DNA from: Pyrobaculum aerophilum str. IM2
GTDB taxonomy: Archaea > Thermoproteota > Thermoprotei > Thermoproteales > Thermoproteaceae
DNA length: 32,000 nucleotides
Direction of reading: 5' to 3'
Assembly (NCBI RefSeq): GCF_000007225.1
Contig: NC_003364.1
Coordinates: 510,001 to 542,000, forward strand
Under the pieces are notes generated by a model. The model had not been told where the DNA came from and did no database searches. It saw only the letters and a list, made by a program, of their open reading frames with translations. The translations under genes and the position numbers were made by a program. Below are positions 15,827-24,620 of the stretch, one piece after another; the first letter of the stretch is position 1, and every line of letters starts with the position of its first letter.

Positions 15827-16857
15827 ATGGCGGTTTGGAAAAAAAGTAATATGTGGAGTTGCGGTGATAGTACTATTTTTGACATCGTCATATTCGGTAG
15901 GGTTTAAGTTTCTAGACGAGGAAGTGTACATAAGGGCTGGCGCCCAGCAGTGGTCTGGGGTTCCCCCGGCATTAACAATTAATCCCGAGCATCCCCCGCT
16001 GGCCAAGTACATTATAGGCGTTGAGCCCCGCCTTGCCCCTTTATTTGCGGGAATAGCGGTTGTGTTTCTGGCGGGGTGGCTTGGCCGCTTATTGGGCAGG
16101 AGTTTTTGGCTTGTGGCTTTTAGCGTGGCCAGCGATATAGTGTTTACGGCTACTTCCCGTTTTGCGATGTTAGACGTGTTTGTCGCTTTGTTTTCTGTAT
16201 CGGCGGTTTTGTCCTACTTGCTGGGCAGGTAGTGGCTCGCCGGCGTCTTGTGGGGCGCGGCGCTTGCTTCAAAATTCACAGCCGTCTTCCCCCTGTTGGG
16301 ATTCACTGCATATCTTGCCTATAAGGACAGAGGGGCGCTGGGGCCCACGGCCGCGGGCGCCGCGCTTGCCTTTTTGGTGTCTCACGCCGTGGATATTGCC
16401 AACGGGGTCTTCCTATATCACTTTCAATTCTACTGGTGGCTTGTGTCTTTTCACAGCCATAAAAACCCGTTTGAGGGGTGGCTGATTCTTTTCACAGGGG
16501 CGCCGTGGTATGTGTACTATGCCAATCTTGTACAACGGATCTGAGGTGGTAACGGCGGTCTCCAAGCCAGGCGTATATGACGTGTTGAAGTACGAGCTTC
16601 GCATCTCCGCGGCTCCGTGGCTGGGGCATTTAGTATGGAGGGCCGTACCTGTGGAGATTATAAGAGGCCTTGTGGGAGGAGGCGCGGGACTGGGCTGGTT
16701 TCTCGCGGCGTCTTCTGCGCTAGTGGCACAGGCGGGCTGGTTTTATTGGTATTTCGCCGGCGTGGCGCTTTTCTTCCATTTATATACTCGCCGGCTTTTC
16801 GTGGCGTTGCAAATAGTCTTTATCGTCGCGCTGTATTTAGGCATGCCCCAATGTTGA
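15827..16857 (+). pseudogene. GT39/PMT-ArnT-type (phospholipid-carrier-dependent) glycosyltransferase, disrupted
   Basis: FLDEEVYIRAG...INPEHPPLAKYIIG is the DE..Y plus HPPLxKY loop-1 signature of the PMT/ArnT family. It is followed by multi-TM sequence. There is an in-frame TAG at 16230-16232, after which the sequence continues WLAGVLWGAALASKFTAVFPLLG. A frame change falls between about 16500 and 16545. The N-terminal TM helix is only joined to ATG 15827 if the A7 run at 15839-15845 is read as A6. Confidence 0.6.
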
Positions 16858-16872
16858 CGTGGAGGTTGGACC

Positions 16873-16893
16873 TTTTTTCCTATTGTGTTTTTT
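16873..16893 (+). terminator. Oligo-T tracts downstream of the glycosyltransferase remnant
   Basis: ccttttttcctattgtgttttttgcg has two T6 runs. It is followed by a TATA-like gtatatatt about 25 nt upstream of ATG 16940. Confidence 0.4.
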
Positions 16894-16939
16894 GCGTATA
16901 ACACCGTAGAGTATATATTCTGGACTATTTCTTGGGGCC

Positions 16940-19723
16940 ATGAGGCTTTGGCTTGTGGCCGTACTGGTGGCGGCATCGGCGTTGGCGTACGTCCTCCCCA
17001 CTGAGTCTCTAGATGTGTTTTACTGGGCCACTCCCAGCGCTGTGAAAATTGTGGGACTGGATGGGAGGGTGCTGTGGACTCAGCAGGCAGTTTATCCCCT
17101 AATTGCGACTGACCGCACAGGCAGGTGTTTGGCGATTGCTAACAGGCTGTATATATACGACATTTCAGTTAATATATTCGTCGTGGAAAGGAGCTTGTTC
17201 ACTACTGTGGAGTTATCTCCTCAATTAGTAGAAACGTTGGCCCAGTATGGCATTAGATTGCCCCAGGAAATTCCTGTGGTGTTGAACTTGTCGTTGCCGT
17301 TGCCTCCCGTAATTCTCGCATCTGTGTATAAAACGACGGTGGTCTCTCTCCACACGCCTTACGGCTACCCCCACTGGGCTATTAACCTTGGCCCACGGGC
17401 AAATGTAACTGCCATAGCCACTAATTGTGAATATGTAGTTGCTGCGACTATATTCGGCGAGGTGTATGTAGTTAGAGACGGCAGAATTGTAGATCAATTT
17501 TTTATAGATCCCCTAGGCGCCGTGCCCAGAGCCGCCATGAATAGACAGCCCCTAGATCCGCCGATTACGGCTCTCACGATAATTAACAATACAGTATACG
17601 TGGGGACTTTAACAGGCGATATATACCGCTTTAAATTGCCGACTGAGGCGGAACTCCGATCGGGCAGATTTGACAGGGGCTTTACCAGACTGGGCTCATG
17701 CGGAGGCCCTGTTTATGGCTTATATACAAATCCGACGGGAGATCCCATAGCCCTCTGTTTTGTCAAGAGGGAGAGGCCATACGTGGTAATATATCCGTAC
17801 GGCTTGACTTTCGCTGATCCCGTCTTGATCACATACGGCATTGACACTCCCCGCCTTGTGTCTGCAGTTAGTCAAGACGGGCGTTGGGTATTTGTCGCAG
17901 TGAATAACGAGATTATAGGAATTAGAGACGGAAGAGTCGCCCTCAAATTGCGAACCCCCGCAACTCCCAGCGCAATTGCCTCGTCTTGGAACGGCTCTGT
18001 CGTAGCAGTGGGCACGCTCGCAGGCCACTTCTACTTATTTAAAGACGGAATTCCTACAGTCAGGACGGATCCCATTTCTACTCAGCTTTTGTTGAGAGCT
18101 GTGAGGGGCAACGCCACTGGCAACTTTACTATAAGAGAGGCGTTAATAAGCGTCAAGCCCGTTACGTCAGTCGCAGTTTCTTTTGACGGCCAAGTGGCGG
18201 CTTTAGAGTATTGGGACAGCGTCTACGTGTTATACACCGCGAGGCTTCCATACGTCGTAGATGCGCCGAGTGACTGCCTGCCTCTAGAGGCGGCAGTGGT
18301 CGCTGCTGGCTCAAAGATTACTTATATATATACGCTGAATAAAAGCGGAGTCCTCTACGTGCCTTATGGAGAAGTGGTCATATATCCGTTGTATCGATAT
18401 CTGGGAGATGTGAGGTGTAAACCTGAGCGGAACTTCACTCTAACTATATTCGGCGACGTGGCAGAGCCGTTAGTGTTTAGATACTTTAAACAGTTCAGAG
18501 TATATAGGCAGCCCGCAGAGCTGGTAAGCGGTCCCGACTGGGCCTCCGGGCCTACTCGCTTCTCTGCCGCACTTACGCCGAGTATACAAGTACAAGTCAG
18601 CATCGAGACTATTCCGGCTCTCGCCGATAGGCTGGCCAGACTACAGAGCCTTGTCCTGGGGAGGATTAGAGCCGTTATAGACTCGTGGGAAGTTGACGGC
18701 AAGAGGACTGGCGCCGGATTCAGCTTTATAACAGTGGACGTACAAAAGCCCACTGTTGTGAAGGCTGTGTACAGAGTAGAGGCTCCTGACACAGTATCTG
18801 AGGATGAGTACGGCATAAACCTCGTGGACATAGTGGTGTACGACTCTTTTGGAAATATCATCGACGTAGGGCGTAGGCCGCTGTTCAGCGTCTATCCAGT
18901 GGTTGTAGTTGCCAGGTATACTCCTTCATTTCTCGTGACGGCAGGGAGGGGGGCTACAGTAAATGGCACAGACCAACTCTGGGCTGAGTATCAGTCAGTA
19001 GTAGTGTTTCGTGCAACACCCGTTATAGAATACGGCAATGGAACGCGTGAAGTGTTTGCTAAGTGGCTGGAAACAGGCGAGACGAGCCCGGAGATTAAGC
19101 TCACAGTAACCGGACCCGTCAAGAGAACCCCTGTATATGTAAAGCAGTACTTAGTGAGCGCCTCCCCGCCGGCTAGATTTGAGGGCGTCGCGGGAAACGC
19201 CACTTGGGTTGAGGCGGGAAAGTCCGTGAGGGTATCTATCCCTGCAGTGTTAGCAGAGCAAGGTAGCGTGAGAACTGCCTTTAAGAACTGGGTTGTAAAC
19301 GGCATTCCAAACGCCACGTTAAATAATCCGGTACAAGATTTCGTCGTTAAAGCCCCCCTAAATATCACTTATCAAGTCAAGAGGCAGTATTTAGTGATTC
19401 TGACGTCGCGCTTCGGCGTAGTCCCGCAGAGCATGTGGGTTGACGAGGGGAGCACAGTGGCCGTTGTGCCTAATCCAACTAGCGTGTGGTCGCCGCCTCC
19501 TCTACACTACGTATTTGTCGGCTGGAGGGATGTTTCCACAGGCGTTGTTTATTCATATCCGCAGTTGCCAGTTGCCTACGGCCCCATGACACTAGAGGCC
19601 GTGTGGGCTATAGATCCCATTCCGCTGGTGCTTATCGCCGGCGCCGCCGCGGGCGCGGTTGCGTTAATATGGTTCTTAAGGCGGAGGAGGCTGGCCCGGC
19701 TGATGGCCGAGGTGGCGGAGTAG
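16940..19723 (+). CDS. Large secreted, C-terminally membrane-anchored surface protein: beta-propeller-like N-terminal half plus three B-repeat-like modules
   Basis: The Sec-type signal is MRLWLVAVLVAASALA/YV. Propeller-blade-like strings recur (VVAATIFGEVYVVRDG, VYVGTLTGDIYRF, VFVAVNNEIIGIRDG, VVAVGTLAGHFYLFKDG, QVAALEYWDSVYVLY). Three units of about 75 aa follow with the pattern Y/FLV...G...W.E.G..V...F..W. The C-terminal TM helix is IPLVLIAGAAAGAVALIWFL, followed by RRRRLAR. NxS/T sequons are numerous. Confidence 0.8.
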   Translation: MRLWLVAVLVAASALAYVLPTESLDVFYWATPSAVKIVGLDGRVLWTQQAVYPLIATDRTGRCLAIANRLYIYDISVNIFVVERSLFTTVELSPQLVETLAQYGIRLPQEIPVVLNLSLPLPPVILASVYKTTVVSLHTPYGYPHWAINLGPRANVTAIATNCEYVVAATIFGEVYVVRDGRIVDQFFIDPLGAVPRAAMNRQPLDPPITALTIINNTVYVGTLTGDIYRFKLPTEAELRSGRFDRGFTRLGSCGGPVYGLYTNPTGDPIALCFVKRERPYVVIYPYGLTFADPVLITYGIDTPRLVSAVSQDGRWVFVAVNNEIIGIRDGRVALKLRTPATPSAIASSWNGSVVAVGTLAGHFYLFKDGIPTVRTDPISTQLLLRAVRGNATGNFTIREALISVKPVTSVAVSFDGQVAALEYWDSVYVLYTARLPYVVDAPSDCLPLEAAVVAAGSKITYIYTLNKSGVLYVPYGEVVIYPLYRYLGDVRCKPERNFTLTIFGDVAEPLVFRYFKQFRVYRQPAELVSGPDWASGPTRFSAALTPSIQVQVSIETIPALADRLARLQSLVLGRIRAVIDSWEVDGKRTGAGFSFITVDVQKPTVVKAVYRVEAPDTVSEDEYGINLVDIVVYDSFGNIIDVGRRPLFSVYPVVVVARYTPSFLVTAGRGATVNGTDQLWAEYQSVVVFRATPVIEYGNGTREVFAKWLETGETSPEIKLTVTGPVKRTPVYVKQYLVSASPPARFEGVAGNATWVEAGKSVRVSIPAVLAEQGSVRTAFKNWVVNGIPNATLNNPVQDFVVKAPLNITYQVKRQYLVILTSRFGVVPQSMWVDEGSTVAVVPNPTSVWSPPPLHYVFVGWRDVSTGVVYSYPQLPVAYGPMTLEAVWAIDPIPLVLIAGAAAGAVALIWFLRRRRLARLMAEVAE

Positions 19724-19748
19724 TTTTAAACTGCGTTGTAAATCTTAC

Positions 19749-20757
19749 GTGTTTATTAACAAAGAGGCTGAGTTGCAGTGGGTGAGGGAATACGCAAGGA
19801 GGAGCCACGCGACGCCGTTTGTAATTTACGGACCTGAGGGGTGCGGCAAAACTGCGCTGGCCCTAGAGGCGGTGAGGCGTTTTTCCAGCTGGTACGCCGG
19901 GGGAATTGCCCTTTATATTGACGGCAAAGCCCGAAGGGCGGCTGAGGCAGTTAAGAGCAATGTAAACATAGGCGATGTGTTGGCAGAGGTGGGCGGTTTG
20001 GCGGGATCTGTGGGCAGATCGGCGGCGCGCCTCGCCGTATGGCTATTGGGCAAAATAGTGGAGAAAATCGCGGAGAGGTTTGCGCCTATGAACATATTAG
20101 TAGTAGACGAGCTGTTTTCAGCTGTGGGAGTTAGCGAAGGCGCCTTGGCGGTGAAGTACGCCAAGGAGCTGGGAGACCGCGTGTTGAGGTCTAAAAAGGC
20201 CGAGTTGGGAGAGATTCCAAAGCCTCTCGCAGAAGCCTCCGTGTCTTACTTAATATTCTCCTCTGAGGGCTCTTCTAGACGCGAGCTCTCTAGACACAAC
20301 TGGGCACACATAGCGCTAATGTGGAATATGGGTGAGAGGGGGTTTCAACAGCTTGGCGAAATTCTCGGCGCGCCGGACTTCTCCGCGGCTTGGAGGCTCT
20401 GCGGGGGACAACCCCCGTTGCCTTTTCCAATTAGCAGAGCTGGACTGGGACGCGGAAAAATTCCTAACTCTAATCGCCTCTTCTAGGCGGATGGGCTGGG
20501 TTGTGGCTGAAGTTGCCGGGAGGGGTTTTGCGGACGTGTTGAGAGAGGCTGTGGAAAACCCCGACGTGTTGGCCGAGCCGCAGGGCCTGGAGTTGGCGCG
20601 GTTTTTAGAAAATAGGAACTTTGTAATAGAGCTGTCGCCTATAGTTATAGGCCAAGCGCCTCGGCCCGATGACGAGTTGGGCGTTGGGCGGCGGTACGCG
20701 TGGCAAACGCCCGCGCTTAGAGACGCCGTTAAAATGGCGTTGGAAGGGCGAGTATAG
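19749..20757 (+). pseudogene. Archaeal ATPase (Arch_ATPase/AAA-type), frameshifted at a G5 run
   Basis: FINKEAELQWVREY...VIYGPEGCGKTALA gives Walker A and NILVVDELF gives Walker B. The reading frame changes at gcgggggacaaccccc (G5 at 20403-20407). Frame 0 gives WRLCGGQPPLPF and then stops at 20486. The +1 frame gives (A)GDNPRCLFQLAELDWD... and runs to 20757, matching the GGxP..l helical region of this family. Confidence 0.65.
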
Positions 20758-21718
20758 TCCTGATAGTGCGTATTAATTGCGCGTTCACCTCCTCCGTGCC
20801 TATAGTTATCCTCACATATCCCGGGCCGAGGCGCGCCTCCTCGTCTCTCACCCAGACGCCGTATTTCCGCAACGCCTGGGCGAAGCCCGGCGGGCCTCTG
20901 GCCAGTATAAAATTGGCGTATGTGGGCCAGGTCTTAACTCCTAGGCGCGACAGCTCTTCTTTTAAATACCGGGCCCCCTCGCGTATTTGCCTCACCACCT
21001 CGGCCACATAATCTCTCTTGTAGAGGGCGGCCCTGGCCGCGGCAAGCGACGGGAGGGACACTCGGAATCTCACAGTGTTGTAGTGAATTCTCCAGCCCCG
21101 GCCGGCTATTACAGGAGTGACGCGGAGCCCCGCGAGGAGGAAGGCCTTTGACATCGTCCTCACGACGGCCAAATTGGGCCAAGACTCCACTAAATTCGCA
21201 ACAGTGGCCCCCGAGAATTCAAAATAAGCCTCGTCGATTATAGTAGGCTTGCCCAGGGCGAGAACCTCCTCCACCTCCACCGGCTTTAAAAGCAGTTGCC
21301 CCGTGGGGTTGTTCGGGTTGTCTAAATAAACGGCGTCTGCCCTCCTGGCGGCGTCTAAAAACTCCGCGAGATCTAGGCGGAATTCCTCTCCCCTCAGCGG
21401 CGTTTTGACTAGAGAGGCGCCGTGGAACTGCGCCTGGTCTTCAAAGAGGAAATACGTGGGGCTCGGCACGGCCACCGCCCGGGCCGTCCTCAAAAGAGGC
21501 TCAAAGAAGTCGTCAGCCCCTGGGAAGAGCCACACATACTTCGGGTCAACGCCGGCGTATTCGGCGTAGAGCCCCCTCACCTCGTCGTAGAGAGCGGCCG
21601 GCTGGTACCAATTGCTCACCGCGAGGGCCTGCGCCGCCGCCTCTACCACGTGGCTGGGCGGAGGGATTGGAACTTCATTTTGATCAAGTTTGAGAACGCC
21701 GGCTGGGGGAGGGAGCAT
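20729..21718 (-). CDS. hisC: Histidinol-phosphate aminotransferase
   Basis: LDQNEVP, DNPNNPTGQ and MSKAFLLAGLRV (PLP-binding Lys) form the class II aminotransferase pattern. The protein is 329 aa. Confidence 0.85.
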   Translation of the reverse strand: MLPPPAGVLKLDQNEVPIPPPSHVVEAAAQALAVSNWYQPAALYDEVRGLYAEYAGVDPKYVWLFPGADDFFEPLLRTARAVAVPSPTYFLFEDQAQFHGASLVKTPLRGEEFRLDLAEFLDAARRADAVYLDNPNNPTGQLLLKPVEVEEVLALGKPTIIDEAYFEFSGATVANLVESWPNLAVVRTMSKAFLLAGLRVTPVIAGRGWRIHYNTVRFRVSLPSLAAARAALYKRDYVAEVVRQIREGARYLKEELSRLGVKTWPTYANFILARGPPGFAQALRKYGVWVRDEEARLGPGYVRITIGTEEVNAQLIRTIRTILALPTPF

Positions 21719-21731
21719 GTCTGTAGAGTAA

Positions 21732-22307
21732 TTATTGCCGCTGTGATGTCAGAAGTTGTCGTATTTCTAACATTAGCTGATATACCGCGTCTATCCTCTT
21801 GTTTGTCTCGTCAATCTTCAGAACTAACGTCTTGGTAATCTCGTCTATCCTCCTGTTAGTATCGTCTATTCTCTTGTTCAACTCTTGGAATATTTCAAGC
21901 ATTTTTTGAGACATCTCTACCATTCTCTGATTTGTCTCGTCAATTCTCTTGTTAGTGGAGTCAATCCTTTGGCTTAACACGTTGTTTATTTCGCCAATTC
22001 TCTTGTTTGTCTCATCTACTTTCTGGAGAAGCATCTTAGTAGTTTCACCAATTCTTATGTTTACTTGGTCTATTCTCTTGTTTGCCTCGTCTATTCTCTG
22101 GCTGAGAGTTTTGTTTACTTCGTCTATTTTCTGCTCTAGTCTGGCTATTTCCGTCCGCGCGCCTTTTAATTCCTCTACTATTGTGCCGAGGTAGAGGAGG
22201 AATATGTCCTCTGTGGATAGCTTCTTACCCTCTTTAATTTTCCCGTAGGTGTGTTCTACCGCCGTCTTCAAGGCGTCGTAGGCAATGGAAGAAATTTCGC
22301 CAGACAC
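21732..22307 (-). CDS. Coiled-coil repeat protein (191 aa) built from RIDETNK heptads with 11-residue insert units
   Basis: The string KIDEVNKTLSQ RIDEANK RIDQVNI RIGETTKMLLQ KVDETNK RIGEINNVLSQ RIDSTNK RIDETNQ ... RIDDTNR RIDEITKTLVL KIDETNK RIDAVY shows the repeat structure. The repeats are visible in the DNA as recurrent ctcttgtttgtctcgtc-like strings. The N-terminal roughly 55 aa are non-repetitive. Confidence 0.7.
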   Translation of the reverse strand: MSGEISSIAYDALKTAVEHTYGKIKEGKKLSTEDIFLLYLGTIVEELKGARTEIARLEQKIDEVNKTLSQRIDEANKRIDQVNIRIGETTKMLLQKVDETNKRIGEINNVLSQRIDSTNKRIDETNQRMVEMSQKMLEIFQELNKRIDDTNRRIDEITKTLVLKIDETNKRIDAVYQLMLEIRQLLTSQRQ

Positions 22308-22337
22308 AGAACACTTCGTCCATGTCTATATATGCTT

Positions 22338-23783
22338 TCAGCCCGCCACTAGCCCGTCGTCGGCAACGCCTAGGGGCGCCCCCAGGGGCTTGCACATGTA
22401 GGGGCCGCACCTCTCGTAGCCAAGCTTGCGGTAGTACTCCCTCACCCCCACTCCGGAGATAACGGCGATTTTCAACGCGCCGAATTCCCCAGCTATTTCC
22501 TCCGCCAGTCTCATGAGCTCTCTGCCCATGCCTGAGTGTTGCCACCAAATGCCCTGCTTCCCCACTGGCACGGCGGGGCCGTAGACGTGTAGCTCTCTCA
22601 CTAACGCCGCCTTGTACAGCTCAGGCCTGTGCGGTCTATTTGGAATTCTCAGCCGCAGTATTGCGTATAGAGTATCATCGGGGCCGACGGCCTCGAGAAA
22701 TATCTCCAAGCCCCCTGATGCCTCGTATTCTGTTTTCTTTACCTCAACGGGGCCGGGCTGAATGGGCACGTTGTTGGCCAGCTTTATGCCCACTTCTCTA
22801 CACCTAATCTCCTGGCACTTAAGACCCAATCTCTCCATGTGTTTCAACACTATTTGCCGCATATTGCCCCACCTGGGCCCGTCGAGGACGTGGTGGAGTG
22901 GGATGTCTCTGCCAAACCTCATTACTCTGACCCAGCGGGGGATAGATGCGTATATTTTAGCTAGAAGCTCTAGCCAAGTCTCTTCGTCGTAGCTTTTATA
23001 AAGACCGCGACGCCAGTCTTCAGAAAGCTCTGTATTTGGCACGACGTAGAGGGGGTATATTTTCACGCAGTCGGGCATGTAGCTGGGATTGGAGAAAATC
23101 TCCCTAACCATTTCCAAATCGCGGTCTGGGTCGCTCCCGGGGAGGCCCGGCATTACGTGGTAACACACCTTATACGCCGAGTCTTTAAGAATCGCCGTTG
23201 CCTCAACGACCTCAGCCGCGCCGTGTCCCCTCTTCACTTTTTGCAACACGTCGTCGTAAATAGATTGAACGCCCAGCTCTACCCTCGTCACGCCGAGTTT
23301 AAGGAGGAAGTCCACCTCGGCCTTGTTTATAAAGTCCGGCCGGGTCTCCACGGTTAACGCCACCATGCGGAGCTCTGCAGTTTCGTTTCTGATCTGCTCA
23401 GCCTCTAAATTAGGCGTTGGGTCGGCTGAAGAGGTCCAGTGGGGGAAGTCGTTAAGCGCTTTGTATATATTTGCCACAAACCACTCCCGGTAGCCACGCG
23501 GCAAGGCGCTGAAGGTTCCGCCCATTATCACAGCCTCTATTTTAGAGGGAGTGTGGCCGTTTTCAATATAAACTTTTATCCTCCCCGCCGTTTGTAAGTA
23601 GGGGTCGTACCTATTCCTCTTGGCCCGGAGCACAACGGGGCTGTCCGGCATGTAAGACTTAGGGGCGTCCGCCGAGGAGGGGCAGAAGGTGCACCGCCCG
23701 GGGCAGGGGAAGGGCTGTGTCATTAGCGCAACTACGTGGACTCCGCTCGCCATTCTAATAAAGCGGAGGGGCTTCTCCATCAT
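22338..23783 (-). CDS. elp3: Elp3-family radical-SAM/GNAT tRNA modification enzyme
   Basis: The radical-SAM cluster is CPGRCTFCPS, and the GNAT region is WWQHSGMGRELMRLAEEIA. I prefer the ATGATG start at 23783 (MMEKPLRF...), which has a weak TATA-like tttattac about 20 nt upstream, over the ORF-track start at 23828. Confidence 0.9.
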   Translation of the reverse strand: MMEKPLRFIRMASGVHVVALMTQPFPCPGRCTFCPSSADAPKSYMPDSPVVLRAKRNRYDPYLQTAGRIKVYIENGHTPSKIEAVIMGGTFSALPRGYREWFVANIYKALNDFPHWTSSADPTPNLEAEQIRNETAELRMVALTVETRPDFINKAEVDFLLKLGVTRVELGVQSIYDDVLQKVKRGHGAAEVVEATAILKDSAYKVCYHVMPGLPGSDPDRDLEMVREIFSNPSYMPDCVKIYPLYVVPNTELSEDWRRGLYKSYDEETWLELLAKIYASIPRWVRVMRFGRDIPLHHVLDGPRWGNMRQIVLKHMERLGLKCQEIRCREVGIKLANNVPIQPGPVEVKKTEYEASGGLEIFLEAVGPDDTLYAILRLRIPNRPHRPELYKAALVRELHVYGPAVPVGKQGIWWQHSGMGRELMRLAEEIAGEFGALKIAVISGVGVREYYRKLGYERCGPYMCKPLGAPLGVADDGLVAG

Positions 23784-23899
23784 AGCGCCGACTTGTAATA
23801 AACTGGTTGCGTAGCGTGGACTCCGCATACAAAATCAGCCAGGGCGGCCACGGACGTATTGCGTTATCCAAATTTATAAACCTATTATGCTTAACTAAC

Positions 23900-24094
23900 G
23901 TGGGTAGGATTAGGCGCTTTCCGCGGGAGGTGGCCGAGGAGAGGCTGGAGAGGATAATTATAATGGCGGTCGAAATGGGGAAAAACGTAGTGTGGCTTTC
24001 CGACGACGTTTTTACGCTAAAAAGCCTAGAGCCGCATAAGAGGTATAGGGCTAGGCCAGTGGGCGGCGCCTACGTAGTTGATGAGCTCTTGTAG
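23900..24094 (+). CDS. Small hypothetical protein (about 64 aa), first gene of an overlapping four-gene cluster
   Basis: A TATA-like aaatttataaacc at 23868-23880 sits about 25 nt upstream of GTG 23900 (VGRIRRFPREVAEERLERIII...). The ORF overlaps the next gene by 17 nt. I recognise no motif. Confidence 0.35.
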   Translation: MGRIRRFPREVAEERLERIIIMAVEMGKNVVWLSDDVFTLKSLEPHKRYRARPVGGAYVVDELL

Positions 24095-24620
24095 CCCAGC
24101 CCTCTCCCTGCTGGCGGAGCTGAACAGAGAGGTGGAGAGCCGCCAGCTGGGGAGAGTGGTTATTGTTGGAGGCTTTGCAGTTGAGCTCTACAGCGGGGGC
24201 GCCTACAGAACTGGCGACATCGACTTTGTGCTAGATACCTACAAGCCGGAAGAGGCTCGGAGAGTTTTCGAAGAGCTAGCCGAGAGTAGGGGATGGCGGA
24301 GAGTTTCGAGAACTTATGAGGGGCCTGGCGCGCTTTTTCTAGACCTCGTGGGTTATGAGTACATAGGCCGCGTCAAAGTATTAGAAATATGCGGAGGAAA
24401 GGTATACGTCCAATCTCCAGAGGACGCTATTGTTTCAAGCTTAAATGCGTGTGTATACTGGAACTCTCCGGGGGACTGCGAAAGAGCCGTTGCTGTGTTA
24501 GCCGCACAACAGGGGCACATTGACTGGGGCTATTTAGTTGCATTGGCAGAGAGAAACGGAGTATTGTCGAAATTAAACGAGCTTAAGCACGTGGTAGAAG
24601 AGGCGTTATGTGGGCGCTAG
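24078..24620 (+). CDS. Pol-beta-superfamily nucleotidyltransferase-fold protein with a helical C-terminal domain
   Basis: VVIVGGFAVELYSGGAYRTGDIDFVLD fits hG[GS]x9-13DhDh. At 180 aa, its architecture resembles stand-alone NTases of AbiEii/DUF6036-type toxin-antitoxin modules. That family assignment is an inference. Confidence 0.55.
   Translation: MMSSCSPALSLLAELNREVESRQLGRVVIVGGFAVELYSGGAYRTGDIDFVLDTYKPEEARRVFEELAESRGWRRVSRTYEGPGALFLDLVGYEYIGRVKVLEICGGKVYVQSPEDAIVSSLNACVYWNSPGDCERAVAVLAAQQGHIDWGYLVALAERNGVLSKLNELKHVVEEALCGR

Noticed and set aside
17225-19368. Minus-strand ORFs (90, 102, 165 and 125 aa) inside the 927-aa surface-protein gene.
   Set aside because: They have no start context, no motifs and low-complexity composition. 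The + strand ORF is continuous for 2.8 kb with a signal peptide and a C-terminal anchor.
24078-24123. A C/D-box-like pair, TTGATGA (24078-24084) and CTGA (24120-24123), at the start of the NTase gene.
   Set aside because: The C box is imperfect, there is no recognisable C' or D' box between the two, and the span (46 nt) lies wholly in a gene-overlap region that is well explained as coding.
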